Shown here: positions 49,401 through 61,290 of the stretch, one piece after another | Position numbering within the stretch: position 1 is the stretch's first letter | Layout: every line of letters starts with the position of its first letter | Source of the DNA: Laetmonice hystrix | Taxonomy: Eukaryota | Assembly (NCBI GenBank): GCA_965235115.1 | Contig: OZ249436.1 | Coordinates: 53,818,001-53,882,000 of the forward strand | Length of the DNA: 64,000 nt | Direction: 5' to 3' | The notes under the pieces: generated by a model | Told to the model about the DNA's origin: nothing | Database searches by the model: none | What the model saw: only the letters and a program-made list of their open reading frames with translations | Program-made: the position numbers and the translations under genes

Positions 49401-52400
49401 TGAATTCTCACGGAGAGACTGCTCCTAGGACGGTCAGTGAATTCTCACGGAGAGACTGCCACTGAAGACAGTACTCCGGGAGAGACTGCTCCTAGGACGG
49501 TCAGTGAATTCTCACGGAGAGACTGCTCCTAGGACGGTCAGTAAATTCTCACGGAGAGACTGCTCATAGGACGGTCAGTGAATTCTCACGGAGAGACTGC
49601 TCCTAGGACGGTCAGTAAATTCTCACGGAGAGACTGCTCATAGGACGGTCAGTGAATTCTCACGGAGAGGCTGCTCCTAGGACGGTCAGTGAATTCTCAC
49701 GGAGAGACTGCTCCTAGGACGGTCAGTGAATTCTCACAGAGAGACTGCTCCTAGGACGGTCAGTGAATTCTCACGGAGAGACTGCTCCTAGGACAGCAGT
49801 TAATTCTCACGGAGAGACTGCTCCTAGGACGGTCAGTGAATTCTCACGGAGAGGCTGCTCCTAGGACGGTCAGTGAATTCTCACGGAGAGACTGCTCCTA
49901 GGACGGTCAGTGAATTCTCACGGAGAGACTGCTCCTAGGACAGCAGTGAATTCTCACGGAGAGACTGCTCCTAGGACGGTCAGTGAATTCTCACGGAGAG
50001 ACTGCTCCTAGGACGGTCAGTGAATTCTCACGGAGAGACTGCTCCTAGGACGGTCAGTGAATTCTCACGGAGAGACTGCTCCTAGGACAGCAGTGAATTC
50101 TCACGGAGAGACTGCTCCTAGGACGGTCAGTGAATTCTCACGGAGAGGCTGCTCCTAGGACGGTCAGTGAATTCTCACGGAGAGACTGCTCCTAGGACGG
50201 TCAGTGAATTCTCACGGAGAGACTGCTCCTAGGACAGCAGTGAATTCTCACGGAGAGACTGCTCCTAGGACGGTCAGTGAATTCTCACGGAGAGGCTGCT
50301 CCTAGGACGGTCAGTGAATTCTCACGGAGAGACTGCTCCTAGGACGGTCAGTGAATTCTCACGGAGAGGCTGCTCCTAGGACGGTCAGTGAATTCTCACG
50401 GAGAGACTGCTCCTAGGACGGTCAGTGAATTCTCACGGAGAGACTGCTCCTAGGACGGTCAGTGAATTCTCGCGGAGAGACTGCTCATAGGACAGCAGTG
50501 AATTCTCACGGAGAGACTGCCACTGAAGACAGTACTCCGGGAGAGACTGCTCCTAGGACGGTCAGTGAATTCTCACGGAGAGACTGCTCCTAGGACGGTC
50601 AGTGAATTCTCACGGAGAGGCTGCTCCTAGGACGGTCAGTGAATTCTCACGGAGAGACTGCTCCTAGGACAGCAGTGAATTCTCACGGAGAGACTGCTCC
50701 TAGGACAGCAGTGAATTCTCACGGAGAGACTGCTCCTAGGACGGTCAGTGAATTCTCACGGAGAGACTGCTCCTAGGACAGCAGTGAATTCTCACGGAGA
50801 GACTGCTCCTAGAACGGTCAGTGAATTCTCACGGAGAGACTGCTCCTAGGACAGCAGTGAATTCTCACGGAGAGACTGCTCCTAGGACGGTCAGTGAATT
50901 CTCACGGAGAGGCTGCTCCTAGGACGGTCAGTGAATTCTCACGGAGAGACTGCTCCTAGGACGGTCAGTGAATTCTCACGGAGAGACTGCTCCTAGGACA
51001 GCAGTGAATTCTCACGGAGAGACTGCTCCTAGGACGGTCAGTGAATTCTCACGGAGAGGCTGCTCCTAGGACGGTCAGTGAATTCTCACGGAGAGACTGC
51101 TCCTAGGACGGTCAGTGAATTCTCACGGAGAGGCTGCTCCTAGGACGGTCAGTGAATTCTCACGGAGAGACTGCTCCTAGGACGGTCAGTGAATTCTCAC
51201 GGAGAGACTGCTCCTAGGACGGTCAGTGAATTCTCGCGGAGAGACTGCTCATAGGACAGCAGTGAATTCTCACGGAGAGACTGCCACTGAAGACAGTACT
51301 CCGGGAGAGACTGCTCCTAGGACGGTCAGTGAATTCTCACGGAGAGACTGCTCCTAGGACGGTCAGTGAATTCTCACGGAGAGGCTGCTCCTAGGACGGT
51401 CAGTGAATTCTCACGGAGAGACTGCTCCTAGGACAGCAGTGAATTCTCACGGAGAGACTGCTCCTAGGACAGCAGTGAATTCTCACGGAGAGACTGCTCC
51501 TAGGACGGTCAGTGAATTCTCACGGAGAGACTGCTCCTAGGACAGCAGTGAATTCTCACGGAGAGACTGCTCCTAGAACGGTCAGTGAATTCTCACGGAG
51601 AGACTGCTCCTAGGACAGCAGTGAATTCTCACGGAGAGACTGCTCCTAGGACAGCAGTGAATTCTCACGGAGAGACTGCTCCTAGGACGGTCAGTGAATT
51701 CTCACGGAGAGACTGCTCCTAGGACGGTCAGTGAATTCTCACGGAGAGGCTGCTCCTAGGACGGTCAGTGAATTCTCACGGAGAGACTGCTCCTAGGACG
51801 GTCAGTGATTTCTTACGGAGAGACTGCTCCTAGGACGGTCAGTGAATTCTCGCGGAGAGACTGCTCATAGGACAGCAGTGAATTCTTACGGAGAGACTGC
51901 CACTGAAGACAGTACTCCGGGAGAGACTGCTCCTAGGACGGTCAGTGAATTCTCACGGAGAGACTGCTCCTAGGACAGCAGTGAATTCTCACGGAGAGAC
52001 TGCTCCTAGGACAGCAGTGAATTCTCACGGAGAGACTGCTCCTAGGACGGTCAGTGAATTCTCACGGAGAGACTGCTCCTAGGACAGCAGTGAATTCTCA
52101 CGGAGAGACTGCTCCTAGGACGGTCAGTGAATTCTCACGGAGAGACTGCTCCTAGGACAGCAGTGAATTCTCACGGAGAGACTGCTCCTAGGACAGCAGT
52201 GAATTCTCACGACGAGACTGCTCCTAGGACGGTCAGTGAATTCTCACGGAGAGACTGCTCCTAGGACGGTCAGTGAATTCTCGCGGAGAGACTGCTCCTA
52301 GGACAGCAGTGAATTCTCACGGAGAGACTGCTCCTAGGACGGTCAGTGAATTCTCACGGAGAGACTGCTCCTAGGACGGTCAGTGAATTCTCAGGGAGAG

Positions 52401-54538
52401 ACTGCTCCTAGGACAGCAGTGAATTCTTACGGAGAGACTGCTCCTAGGACGGTCAGTGAATTCTCACGGAGAGACTGCTCCTGGGACAGCAGTGAATTCT
52501 CACGGAGAGACTGCTCCTAGGACGGTCAGTGAATTCTCACGGAGAGACTGCCACTGAAGACAGTACTCCGGGAGAGACTGCTCCTAGGACGGTCAGTGAA
52601 TTCTCACGGAGAGACTGCTCCTAGGACGGTCAGTAAATTCTCACGGAGAGACTGCTCATAGGACGGTCAGTGAATTCTCACGGAGAGACTGCTCCTAGGA
52701 CGGTCAGTAAATTCTCACGGAGAGACTGCTCATAGGACGGTCAGTGAATTCTCACGGAGAGGCTGCTCCTAGGACGGTCAGTGAATTCTCACGGAGAGAC
52801 TGCTCCTAGGACGGTCAGTGAATTCTCACAGAGAGACTGCTCCTAGGACGGTCAGTGAATTCTCACGGAGAGACTGCTCCTAGGACAGCAGTTAATTCTC
52901 ACGGAGAGACTGCTCCTAGGACGGTCAGTGAATTCTCACGGAGAGACTGCTCCTAGGACAGCAGTGAATTCTCACGGAGAGACTGCTCCTAGGACGGTCA
53001 GTGAATTCTCACGGAGAGACTGCTCCTAGGACGGTCAGTGAATTCTCACGGAGAGACTGCTCCTAGGACGGTCAGTGAATTCTCACGGAGAGACTGCTCC
53101 TAGGACAGCAGTGAATTCTCACGGAGAGACTGCTCCTAGGACGGTCAGTGAATTCTCACGGAGAGACTGCTCCTAGGACAGCAGTGAATTCTCACGGAGA
53201 GACTGCTCCTAGGACGGTCAGTGAATTCTCACGGAGAGGCTGCTCCTAGGACGGTCAGTGAATTCTCACGGAGAGACTGCTCCTAGGACGGTCAGTGAAT
53301 TCTCGCGGAGAGACTGCTCCTAGGACAGCAGTGAATTCTCACGGAGAGACTGCTCCTAGGACGGTCAGTGAATTCTCACGGAGAGACTGCTCCTAGGACG
53401 GTCAGTGAATTCTCAGGGAGAGACTGCTCCTAGGACAGCAGTGAATTCTTACGGAGAGACTGCTCCTAGGACGGTCAGTGAATTCTCACGGAGAGACTGC
53501 TCCTGGGACAGCAGTGAATTCTCACGGAGAGACTGCTCCTAGGACGGTCAGTGAATTCTCACGGAGAGACTGCCACTGAAGACAGTACTCCGGGAGAGAC
53601 TGCTCCTAGGACGGTCAGTGAATTCTCACGGAGAGACTGCTCCTAGGACGGTCAGTAAATTCTCACGGAGAGACTGCTCATAGGACGGTCAGTGAATTCT
53701 CACGGAGAGACTGCTCCTAGGACGGTCAGTAAATTCTCACGGAGAGACTGCTCATAGGACGGTCAGTGAATTCTCACGGAGAGGCTGCTCCTAGGACGGT
53801 CAGTGAATTCTCACGGAGAGACTGCTCCTAGGACGGTCAGTGAATTCTCACAGAGAGACTGCTCCTAGGACGGTCAGTGAATTCTCACGGAGAGACTGCT
53901 CCTAGGACAGCAGTGAATTCTCACGGAGAGACTGCTCCTAGGACGGTCAGTGAATTCTCACGGAGAGACTGCTCCTAGGACAGCAGTGAATTCTCACGGA
54001 GAGACTGCTCCTAGGACGGTCAGTGAATTCTCACGGAGAGACTGCTCCTAGGACGGTCAGTGAATTCTCACGGAGAGACTGCTCCTAGGACGGTCAGTGA
54101 ATTCTCACGGAGAGACTGCTCCTAGGACAGCAGTGAATTCTCACGGAGAGACTGCTCCTAGGACGGTCAGTGAATTCTCACGGAGAGGCTGCTCCTAGGA
54201 CGGTCAGTGAATTCTCACGGAGAGACTGCTCCTTTGACGGTCAGTGAATTCTCACGGAGAGACTGCTCCTAGGACAGCAGTGAATTCTCACGGAGAGACT
54301 GCTCCTAGGACGGTCAGTGAATTCTCACGGAGAGACTGCTCCTAGGACGGTCAGTGAATTCTCACGGAGAGACTGCTCCTAGGACGGTCAGTGAATTCTC
54401 ACGGAGAGACTGCTCCTAGGACGGTCAGTGAATTCTCACGGAGAGACTGCTCCTAGGACGGTCAGTGAATTCTCACGGAGAGACTGCTCCTAGGACAGCA
54501 GTGAATTCTCACGGAGAGACTGCCACTGAAGACAGTAC
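40473..54538. repeat. ~14 kb satellite array of 37/36-bp monomers (CGGAGAGACTGCTCCTAGGAC[GGT|AG]CAGTGAATTCTCA), roughly 380-390 units
   Basis: Directly visible tandem array. Monomers carry GAATTC and CCTAGG; a 30-bp variant (…ACTGCCACTGAAGACAGTACTCCG) recurs; the ORF track is empty across it. Confidence 0.99.
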
Positions 54539-57500
54539 GATAGCGCCGGTGTAGTCGTTTATTAAAATTGATAAGCAGGCCTCCCAGACTCCCTGTAGCA
54601 GTTATCAGGACGTAATATAGATGGCGGATGGAAAGAGACGTTCCGCATTATCGGTTTATAATTAGTAGATCCCTCGGGGTATGGAATGGTCAGGTGGTCA
54701 ACCCCTTGTTAATCATGTTACTGGAGCTTTCGTAAGCATACGATTACGCATAATACGAAACCCTGCAGATATTGGTTTACCGTCTTGGATGTAATTGAAT
54801 GAGTTTTCCTCATGGCTGAATGATCTTCGATTTCTGAGGATCTGGGTTGGGTTAGGGTATCGGGGGCGGGGGGGGGGGGTTAGATCCTTCTTCCTGTTCT
54901 GCATAATTTAGTGCCAAGAGAAACTCACCCGACAAGTTTGTAATGTTACAAATTTGCAGATAACCGAATAGGACCAGACTGCATGATGTGTTATCATTAA
55001 AGCAAACCACTACTATCTCTTACTCCATTGACTCCAAAATGAAGACATGGGCTGTTAGGTTGACTTGAAAAGCCAATGAAATTCATCCGTTCATCGCCCG
55101 ATGAATTTCATTGGTTGTTCAAGTCTATGCCAGAAAGACAACCAGCCATAAGACGATCGCTTCATAGAGAAGTCATTGAGATAGTCGTGGTTTGCTTTAA
55201 GAGTAGAAACAAAAGATTTCCACGGAGCTGTAACACCATGCATCATGTCACGTTATTGACATTTGCCGCGAAAAGTGATCCGGCCGAACCTAATCCACAG
55301 TGATCCGGCCGAACCTTTTGTCACGGACACTATGTTCGGGTATGATATGATATAATATGATAAGACACCTGTAACCCCCATATAATGTATTTTTGGTTCG
55401 GTTGGACCTTTTCAGTGTAAGCTCTGTCCGCTCCATGCGGAATGGGCATAGCTGCATTATCGCTTGCAATGAATTCCAACCTTTAGTTGATAATTAACAA
55501 CAATAAAAAAGTGAAAACAGTAACATGAAACAGAAACCGGAAATGGGAAACAAAAACAACTTGAAACATTAAAGTGACACAAAAAAATACCGAGGGACAT
55601 CATGTTAAAATTCCAGGTAAGTATCTGAGGAATTTTTCGTGTCACTTTAACAATATTGTAATAACTCCACGCAACAACGTTTTGCAAAGTACATAAAATA
55701 ATAAATTAATGTTCTAGTAGAAAGAGTTTTGTTCCCGTTCTGAAGATGGTCAACAGGTGCCGACCGGCGTAAAATAGCAAATCCACCGCCAGAACCACAA
55801 CCACTCATTTTGCAGATACATGTAGGCCTAAAGTTGTACCTTCCCGCGTTTCTACTTTTCTACAGTCAAGGTGCGACATGTCATCAAAAGGTAACTGTAA
55901 AATAGAATCTAATAATAAAACAGATAACGGAAACGTGCACATGAAAACGCCCATTTAGGCTGAAAAAAAAGTAGCTGGTCAGGCTGTAAAATTTAGGACT
56001 TGCCAAATTCTACATAGTAAAGTCTTCAGGTTTCATGAAACTTTTAATAGCTATCCTCGCAACAAAGTTTTGTAAATAAGAAAAGTGTGAACCCTTAGCG
56101 GATGGTTTAACATTTCATGCCTGTGGCGATCGCTGTAGTCTGCAGTCGGTATTGTTTCAGATCAAGTTCACACAATTGTCACGCTAGGTCATTATCAGTA
56201 GCTGTCGCAAACGGTGCCCTTGGGCTTCCTATATTGATTGAAACATGTGAAAGGGTCTGCATGGTGACAGGGGAAATACTGGCTTTTGCAAGTCGGAAAC
56301 CAAACGAATGCTGACGTGCATAAAACCTAACTATGTTGGCAACAGAGGCCCTGACTTCAACTTTTACCCTGAAAACTCACACGTTCTGTGTTCTGAATCA
56401 ACTCATATACGGACTTTGCAGGTCTTACAGGGGAATAAAACTTTCCTCATTTTAGAATTACTTGTGAAAAGAGTTTTTGGTGACTCGGAGAAAATAAAGG
56501 ATATTGTTATTGCAAGACTGGTTCATTTGAAAAGCTGCATGCATGCACGTTCCATGGCTTTTCACATAAAAACCGCGAGTTAAAATAGATAAAAAACATA
56601 AAAGGATTTATTTCACTCATGCACGAAAATCCCCAAAGTGCCCAGCTTTTTCGAAGATGACCTACAGGTCGGTGAGTTCGAAAAGCACAAGAACGATTAA
56701 GATTATAAAATAAGAATATTGTGCACACAACAAGGGCAATATTACCGATGAAATTGCATGTTACGGTTACGGAAACAAGAAAATGACAGCGTTTTTCTAA
56801 GAGACTTTATATCATTTCGCCTTGAGATTAATACTTTGTTCCTGTGTGCCTTGATCCATGCAATTAATCTTCCCGAAGTGTAAAGAGCGGCCCAGGTGGC
56901 CCAGATGGCCCAGAGGTGGCCCAGGCGTCAGTGGGACAGATTGCGACATCACGCAGTGTGAAAGGAAAGGACCGGTATGAATGACAAGTTGACTTTTTTT
57001 AAATGCTTCTCTTTGTTATAAGCAGCAAAGGGAACCAGGAAATAGGTAATAATCTCGGTACACAACAGGGACATGAACTTAATCCCTTAATAATATTATT
57101 AATTGATTATTGTTACAACACGTAATTATAAAGAGAATGATATATAGACACGGGCCGCAAAGAAACCCGCTCTCTGAAAACATCACCTGCTATTATGAAC
57201 GGCCTGAATTTGCAAACTTTTTGAAAACTGATTTATCACGGACTAGAGAAGACGAGAATTGAGAAGATAAATTGGTTGTATCCTATGGAATTATTTAGCC
57301 AGAGGTATAGGTCTATGCCCTTTGGTTTATACGTTTTGGTTGGCGGTGTTAGGCTACGTCCTGCCTTTTTACACGAGAAAAAGTCTTTTTTTTTTATTTC
57401 TGTCTCTCCGGTAATGATGATAAGAAGAGTAGCCTGCACCGGGACTACGCCCTACTATTTTTGACAAATAGCAAGTGTTCTTTTATATATGAAACACTAC

Positions 57501-58139
57501 ATACAGCGTTACGGGCTGGGCCTTTGATAATCCAGTTGGTGTTGCTGGAGCCCGCTGACGGGGCTGAACTATACGGTAGGGCAGCACGGTGAACCTGGCC
57601 CAAGGAAAATTCGAGATTTATTATGAGCCGTTCACATTTAATTATTCACATCTGCCGCTGATATCATGGTGTTCTATGCTAGATTTCCTCGTCTGAAAGA
57701 AACACAATGAGTAATGTTGCTGCCAGCCATTTGAGAGGAAGTAGCTGGTTGCCCAACACAATGAACTATGGTTTTACAAGACTGCCCAACCCCAAAGCTC
57801 GATGCAGAGCCGCGCGACAATATGGATGCAGGTTAAGTGTATTACTCATGGCTGAGGGCAGCGACGTTGACCAATATAAATGACGGGCATCACTTTATTA
57901 CCGGTATGCGGAGGTAGCGTAGCGGCTTTTGGCATTATATCGGCCAGATCCCATAAAGTCTATTCCCTCTTCAACGGCGAAACTGATAACATTGAAAGAA
58001 ATAAAGCTAATGCATTTTGACGATATGCATGGTGATGGAACATCTTGGGTATTCTCCTAACGCAATCCTGATCATTTTACTGGTTATGGAGTGCGTGTCT
58101 CTCAGCACGTCTGGTTAGTTGAAGGGATGATAGTGCCTT

Positions 58140-58500
58140 CCCAGCAGGCACACGACGTCTACACAACATTGTTGAAAAAGGTCCCAGTTTGGTCACGTCA
58201 GAGGGAACGTATAGATAACAACGTTGTAACAACGTTGCTATGCAACGTCTAGTACGACTACGTTCTAGCAACGTTCTCATATTATGTTGTGGTGACGTAT
58301 TTTTGTATGTTTATGCCCCTTATACCCATGCAGTAAACACATTGATCACGTCGCTGTAAAGTTGTATAAGGGTAGACCCTATGTCAGAAGTAACATTGTG
58401 GCAACGTTTCCTCAATGGTTGACATGATGTACCCATAACCTATAACCAACGTTGTAGCAGCGTAAGAAAAAGGTTTTACTTGAACGTCACTTTCTAACGT
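58140..58500. mobile_element. Left-end remnant of a CMC/EnSpm-like non-autonomous element
   Basis: Begins CCCAGCAGGCACACGACGT, followed by many CAACGTT subterminal motifs; no matching right end seen. Confidence 0.5.
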
Positions 58501-58826
58501 CATAAAAATTTATTATGGCAATTCTATCTGCCAGTGCCATTCAGGGGGATGCCATACGCTGGTCAGTATGGAACGTGTTCCATACGTACTGATCTGATTG
58601 TACACGTTACGGGGTGATGCGACGTTAACTATGAGGTCCTATATGGAAGCGCCGGAACGTGTATTAGAAATTACGCTAGACTGTTCCAACAGCAGGCCCT
58701 CTCAGCCACTTTGTGAGCACCGTGTAGAAAAAGAAAATGAGGGAAGGATGTCCACTTAACAAACCGCGCTACAGTCAATGCATTTGTACTTCTGTCAAAG
58801 TCGAGCATATTATTAACTTTGAACTA

Positions 58827-58864
58827 TGCTAATCTGAAACGGCTTGTCTTTTTTCTCTTTACAG
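58827..58864 (+). promoter_or_regulatory. 3' splice acceptor upstream of the GPCR coding exon
   Basis: Branch-point-like TGCTAAT (58827-58833), polypyrimidine tract CTTGTCTTTTTTCTCTTT, then ACAG|G. The exon would start at 58865, giving ~446 nt of 5' UTR before ATG 59311. Confidence 0.7.
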
Positions 58865-58903
58865 GAAGTGCGGAAGGCAGAGAAACGACATTGCTCTTGG
58901 TGT

Positions 58904-59309
58904 ATGTCAAGGCTAAAGGTGTGTCAGTTTGAAGAGAATTCGTAGACCGCCCCTTCGCATCTGGCCCAAGGCAATCGTGAAACCGTTACAGAGCTGGTCC
59001 TTTTGATGCTGCATGGGCGCGCACCCAATGCTGAGAGAAGTCTTGGCATGTCCACCGGTCTTTGTGCTTTATAAACGTCCTCAACATAAAAGAGGACCGT
59101 GCGTTACTGCAGATAACGTCTTCGGCGTTAGGGCTGGAACGGCATCAAGTCGGAGGTCATCAAGGCCTCTCTAACTCCGAATAGTGCCGTATTCGGGAGC
59201 TGATCGGCCCGTAGGCCTCAGGCTGTATAATAGTGACGTGTGACAAGAGAAGTCCTTAACTCTGTCTAATGAATATATAGTTTTGTTTCCTGCGGAAGCG
59301 GTGATGTAA
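58904..59309 (+). promoter_or_regulatory. Cluster of upstream ORFs in the putative GPCR 5' leader
   Basis: uORFs at 58904-58945 (MSRLKVCQFEENS*), 59006-59074 (MLHGRAPNAERSLGMSTGLCAL*), 59269-59280 (MNI*), and start-stop ATGTAA at 59304-59309. Further ATGs at 59013, 59028 and 59048. Confidence 0.5.
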
Positions 59310-59310
59310 G

Positions 59311-60585
59311 ATGTCTTCCTCGGAATATACCATGGCTGGTACAAATTACTCGGCTTTGCCAACCGAGTTAGTGCACGATGCGGAAGGCAACGGAACTCAG
59401 GGCAGAGGCGGATTTGACGTATGGACAGGCATTTCAACGTCCATGTACGGCATCATTTGTATCATCGGTTTAGTTGGCAACGGGCTTGTCATATACGTCG
59501 TGATTATGTATGCGAAAATGAAAACAGTGACTAACATGTATATATTAAACCTAGCTGTGGCGGATCTTTGCTTCATAGTTGGGTTGCCCTTTTTGATCGC
59601 CACGGCTGTGCTGCGGAACTGGGTGTTTGGATTCACAATGTGCAAGATCTTCTACATCCTCACGTCGATCAACTGGTTCACGAGCGTCTTCACGCTTACT
59701 GTGATGAGTGCCGACCGATACTTAGCTGTGTGTCACCCGATCAAGTCGATGAAATATCGAACCCCGATCGTCTCTCGAATCGTATGCGTGTGCGTTTGGA
59801 TATTATCGCTGCTTGTCATGCTACCGATTGTGCTGTATGCCACCACAATGGAGTCTTCAGGAGGCCGCGCCTCCTGCACCATCTCCTGGCCAGACGGCCA
59901 GCTCATCTCGGCAGACAAGGCCTTCATTTGGTACGCTCTTCTCCTCGGCTTCGCCATCCCTGTCGCTCTCATCGTTGTTTTCTATGCCCTTGTAGTTATC
60001 AGGCTGAAGTCGGTCGGACCAAGACAGAAGTCGAAAGAAAAGAAGAAGTCGCATAGAAAAGTTACGAAAATGGTGTTGACGGTTATAACTGTGTATGTTA
60101 TTTGCTGGTTGCCGTACTGGGTGTTTCAAGTGGCTCTAACCTTTGCCACCGCCGAGGTGCCGTTCTGGTGCGTACAGCTCTTTCAGATAATCACGGTCAT
60201 GTCTTACGCAAACTCTACGCTAAACCCCGTGCTTTACGCGTTCCTCAGTGAGAATTTCAGGAAAAGTTTCATACAGGCTTTCAAGTGCGCAAAGGCTGCG
60301 GACGTCAACGCTAGTTTGCAAACGGAGCACAGCATTTTCCCAGGACGCAGGTCTCTGGGCAACAACATTACAGCGCCCATCATACATGACAATGGCGGTG
60401 GGAAAATGCCGGGAAATGATCGCCAGTCGAATGAGGAAATTGAGTTCCAGACGACAAACGTGACATCATCAACGAAATATGACACGTCATGCTTGGGCGA
60501 GGAGAGCAAAGCAATGATAGTCAACCATGATGGGTTGGAGGCGGAAACGGCCATCGCTAATGACCCAATTCCAGGATCTCTGTAG
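59311..60585 (+). CDS. AstC-R: Rhodopsin-family peptide GPCR, allatostatin-C / somatostatin receptor-like (424 aa, CDS uninterrupted by introns)
   Basis: Seven hydrophobic segments with family motifs: TM1 GLVGNGLVIYVV, ICL1 YAKMKTVTNMYILNLAVAD (near-identical to the SSTR/AstC-R motif), TM3 C-KIFY...MSADRYLAVCHP, ICL3 KEKKKSHRKVTKMV, TM6 CWLPYW, TM7/H8 NSTLNPVLYAFLSENFRKSF. N-terminal N-glycosylation sequons NYS and NGT. The second ATG (59332, ACCATGG) has the better Kozak context. Orthology is assigned by motif recognition, not by a search. Confidence 0.95.
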   Translation: MSSSEYTMAGTNYSALPTELVHDAEGNGTQGRGGFDVWTGISTSMYGIICIIGLVGNGLVIYVVIMYAKMKTVTNMYILNLAVADLCFIVGLPFLIATAVLRNWVFGFTMCKIFYILTSINWFTSVFTLTVMSADRYLAVCHPIKSMKYRTPIVSRIVCVCVWILSLLVMLPIVLYATTMESSGGRASCTISWPDGQLISADKAFIWYALLLGFAIPVALIVVFYALVVIRLKSVGPRQKSKEKKKSHRKVTKMVLTVITVYVICWLPYWVFQVALTFATAEVPFWCVQLFQIITVMSYANSTLNPVLYAFLSENFRKSFIQAFKCAKAADVNASLQTEHSIFPGRRSLGNNITAPIIHDNGGGKMPGNDRQSNEEIEFQTTNVTSSTKYDTSCLGEESKAMIVNHDGLEAETAIANDPIPGSL

Positions 60586-61284
60586 AACACAATGATGCTA
60601 TCAAAATGGCCACACAAATTTAATGGCTGCATGCAGAACGGCCATGTATATTTGTAAAGACACAAAAATGAACGTTTCCCATGTCCGAAAGTCTCCCACG
60701 TGAAAATGTACATATCTGAGGCGGTGCGTGTACTGCATGGCGTACGTATAAAGACCCCAAATTAATAATCTTTACTGAGAATATATGTTGTAAACCCGGG
60801 TCCATTATATTAAAGTTTATTAGATATTTGTAAATCGTTATGTATGGGCAATGTGTCTATATTATGGAGCCTGACGAAAATTGAGCAAAGTATTTTTGCA
60901 TAATGTCTATAACTATTGTGCCTGGTTTGAAGCTCAAATTGTCCATGTTGGAAGCAGTGATGATGGTTTTGTTCCATATATCTTTCTATCGATTCATTCA
61001 TTTGTTTTGCCGGCTTTTATTACCCATTATATGTGAATCTTTCTGAAAAACCTGTTTATCTTTGAAACAAAATTACCCGAAGACTCTCTTCGTAAACATG
61101 TGTATGACGCAGTATACCTGTAGTAAAAAAACGGCGGTAACATATTATATTCAGCGACAATATGGTAGTAAAAATCTAAATAAGTCATATATATTATGGT
61201 TCTGTTTATGTAAAAGGTGTCGTAGTTCAAGCGATGGTAGCAATAATAACTGTATCTTTTCGGATACGTAAGCGAAGTTGTGCT

Positions 61285-61290
61285 AATAAA
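61285..61290 (+). terminator. Candidate polyadenylation signal of the GPCR gene
   Basis: AATAAA ~700 nt after the stop, in AT-rich 3'UTR-like sequence, with TG/T-rich sequence downstream. Confidence 0.4.

Noticed and set aside
40473..54538. CRISPR array (36-37 bp palindromic repeats)
   Set aside because: Repeats are contiguous with no unique spacers, there are no cas genes, and the context is eukaryotic.
60571..60585. Class I PDZ-binding motif at the GPCR C-terminus (as in vertebrate SSTRs)
   Set aside because: The protein ends P-G-S-L; position -2 is Gly, not Ser/Thr.
59171..60713. Alternative-frame and antisense ORFs overlapping the GPCR
   Set aside because: Shadows of the real CDS with no recognisable motifs.
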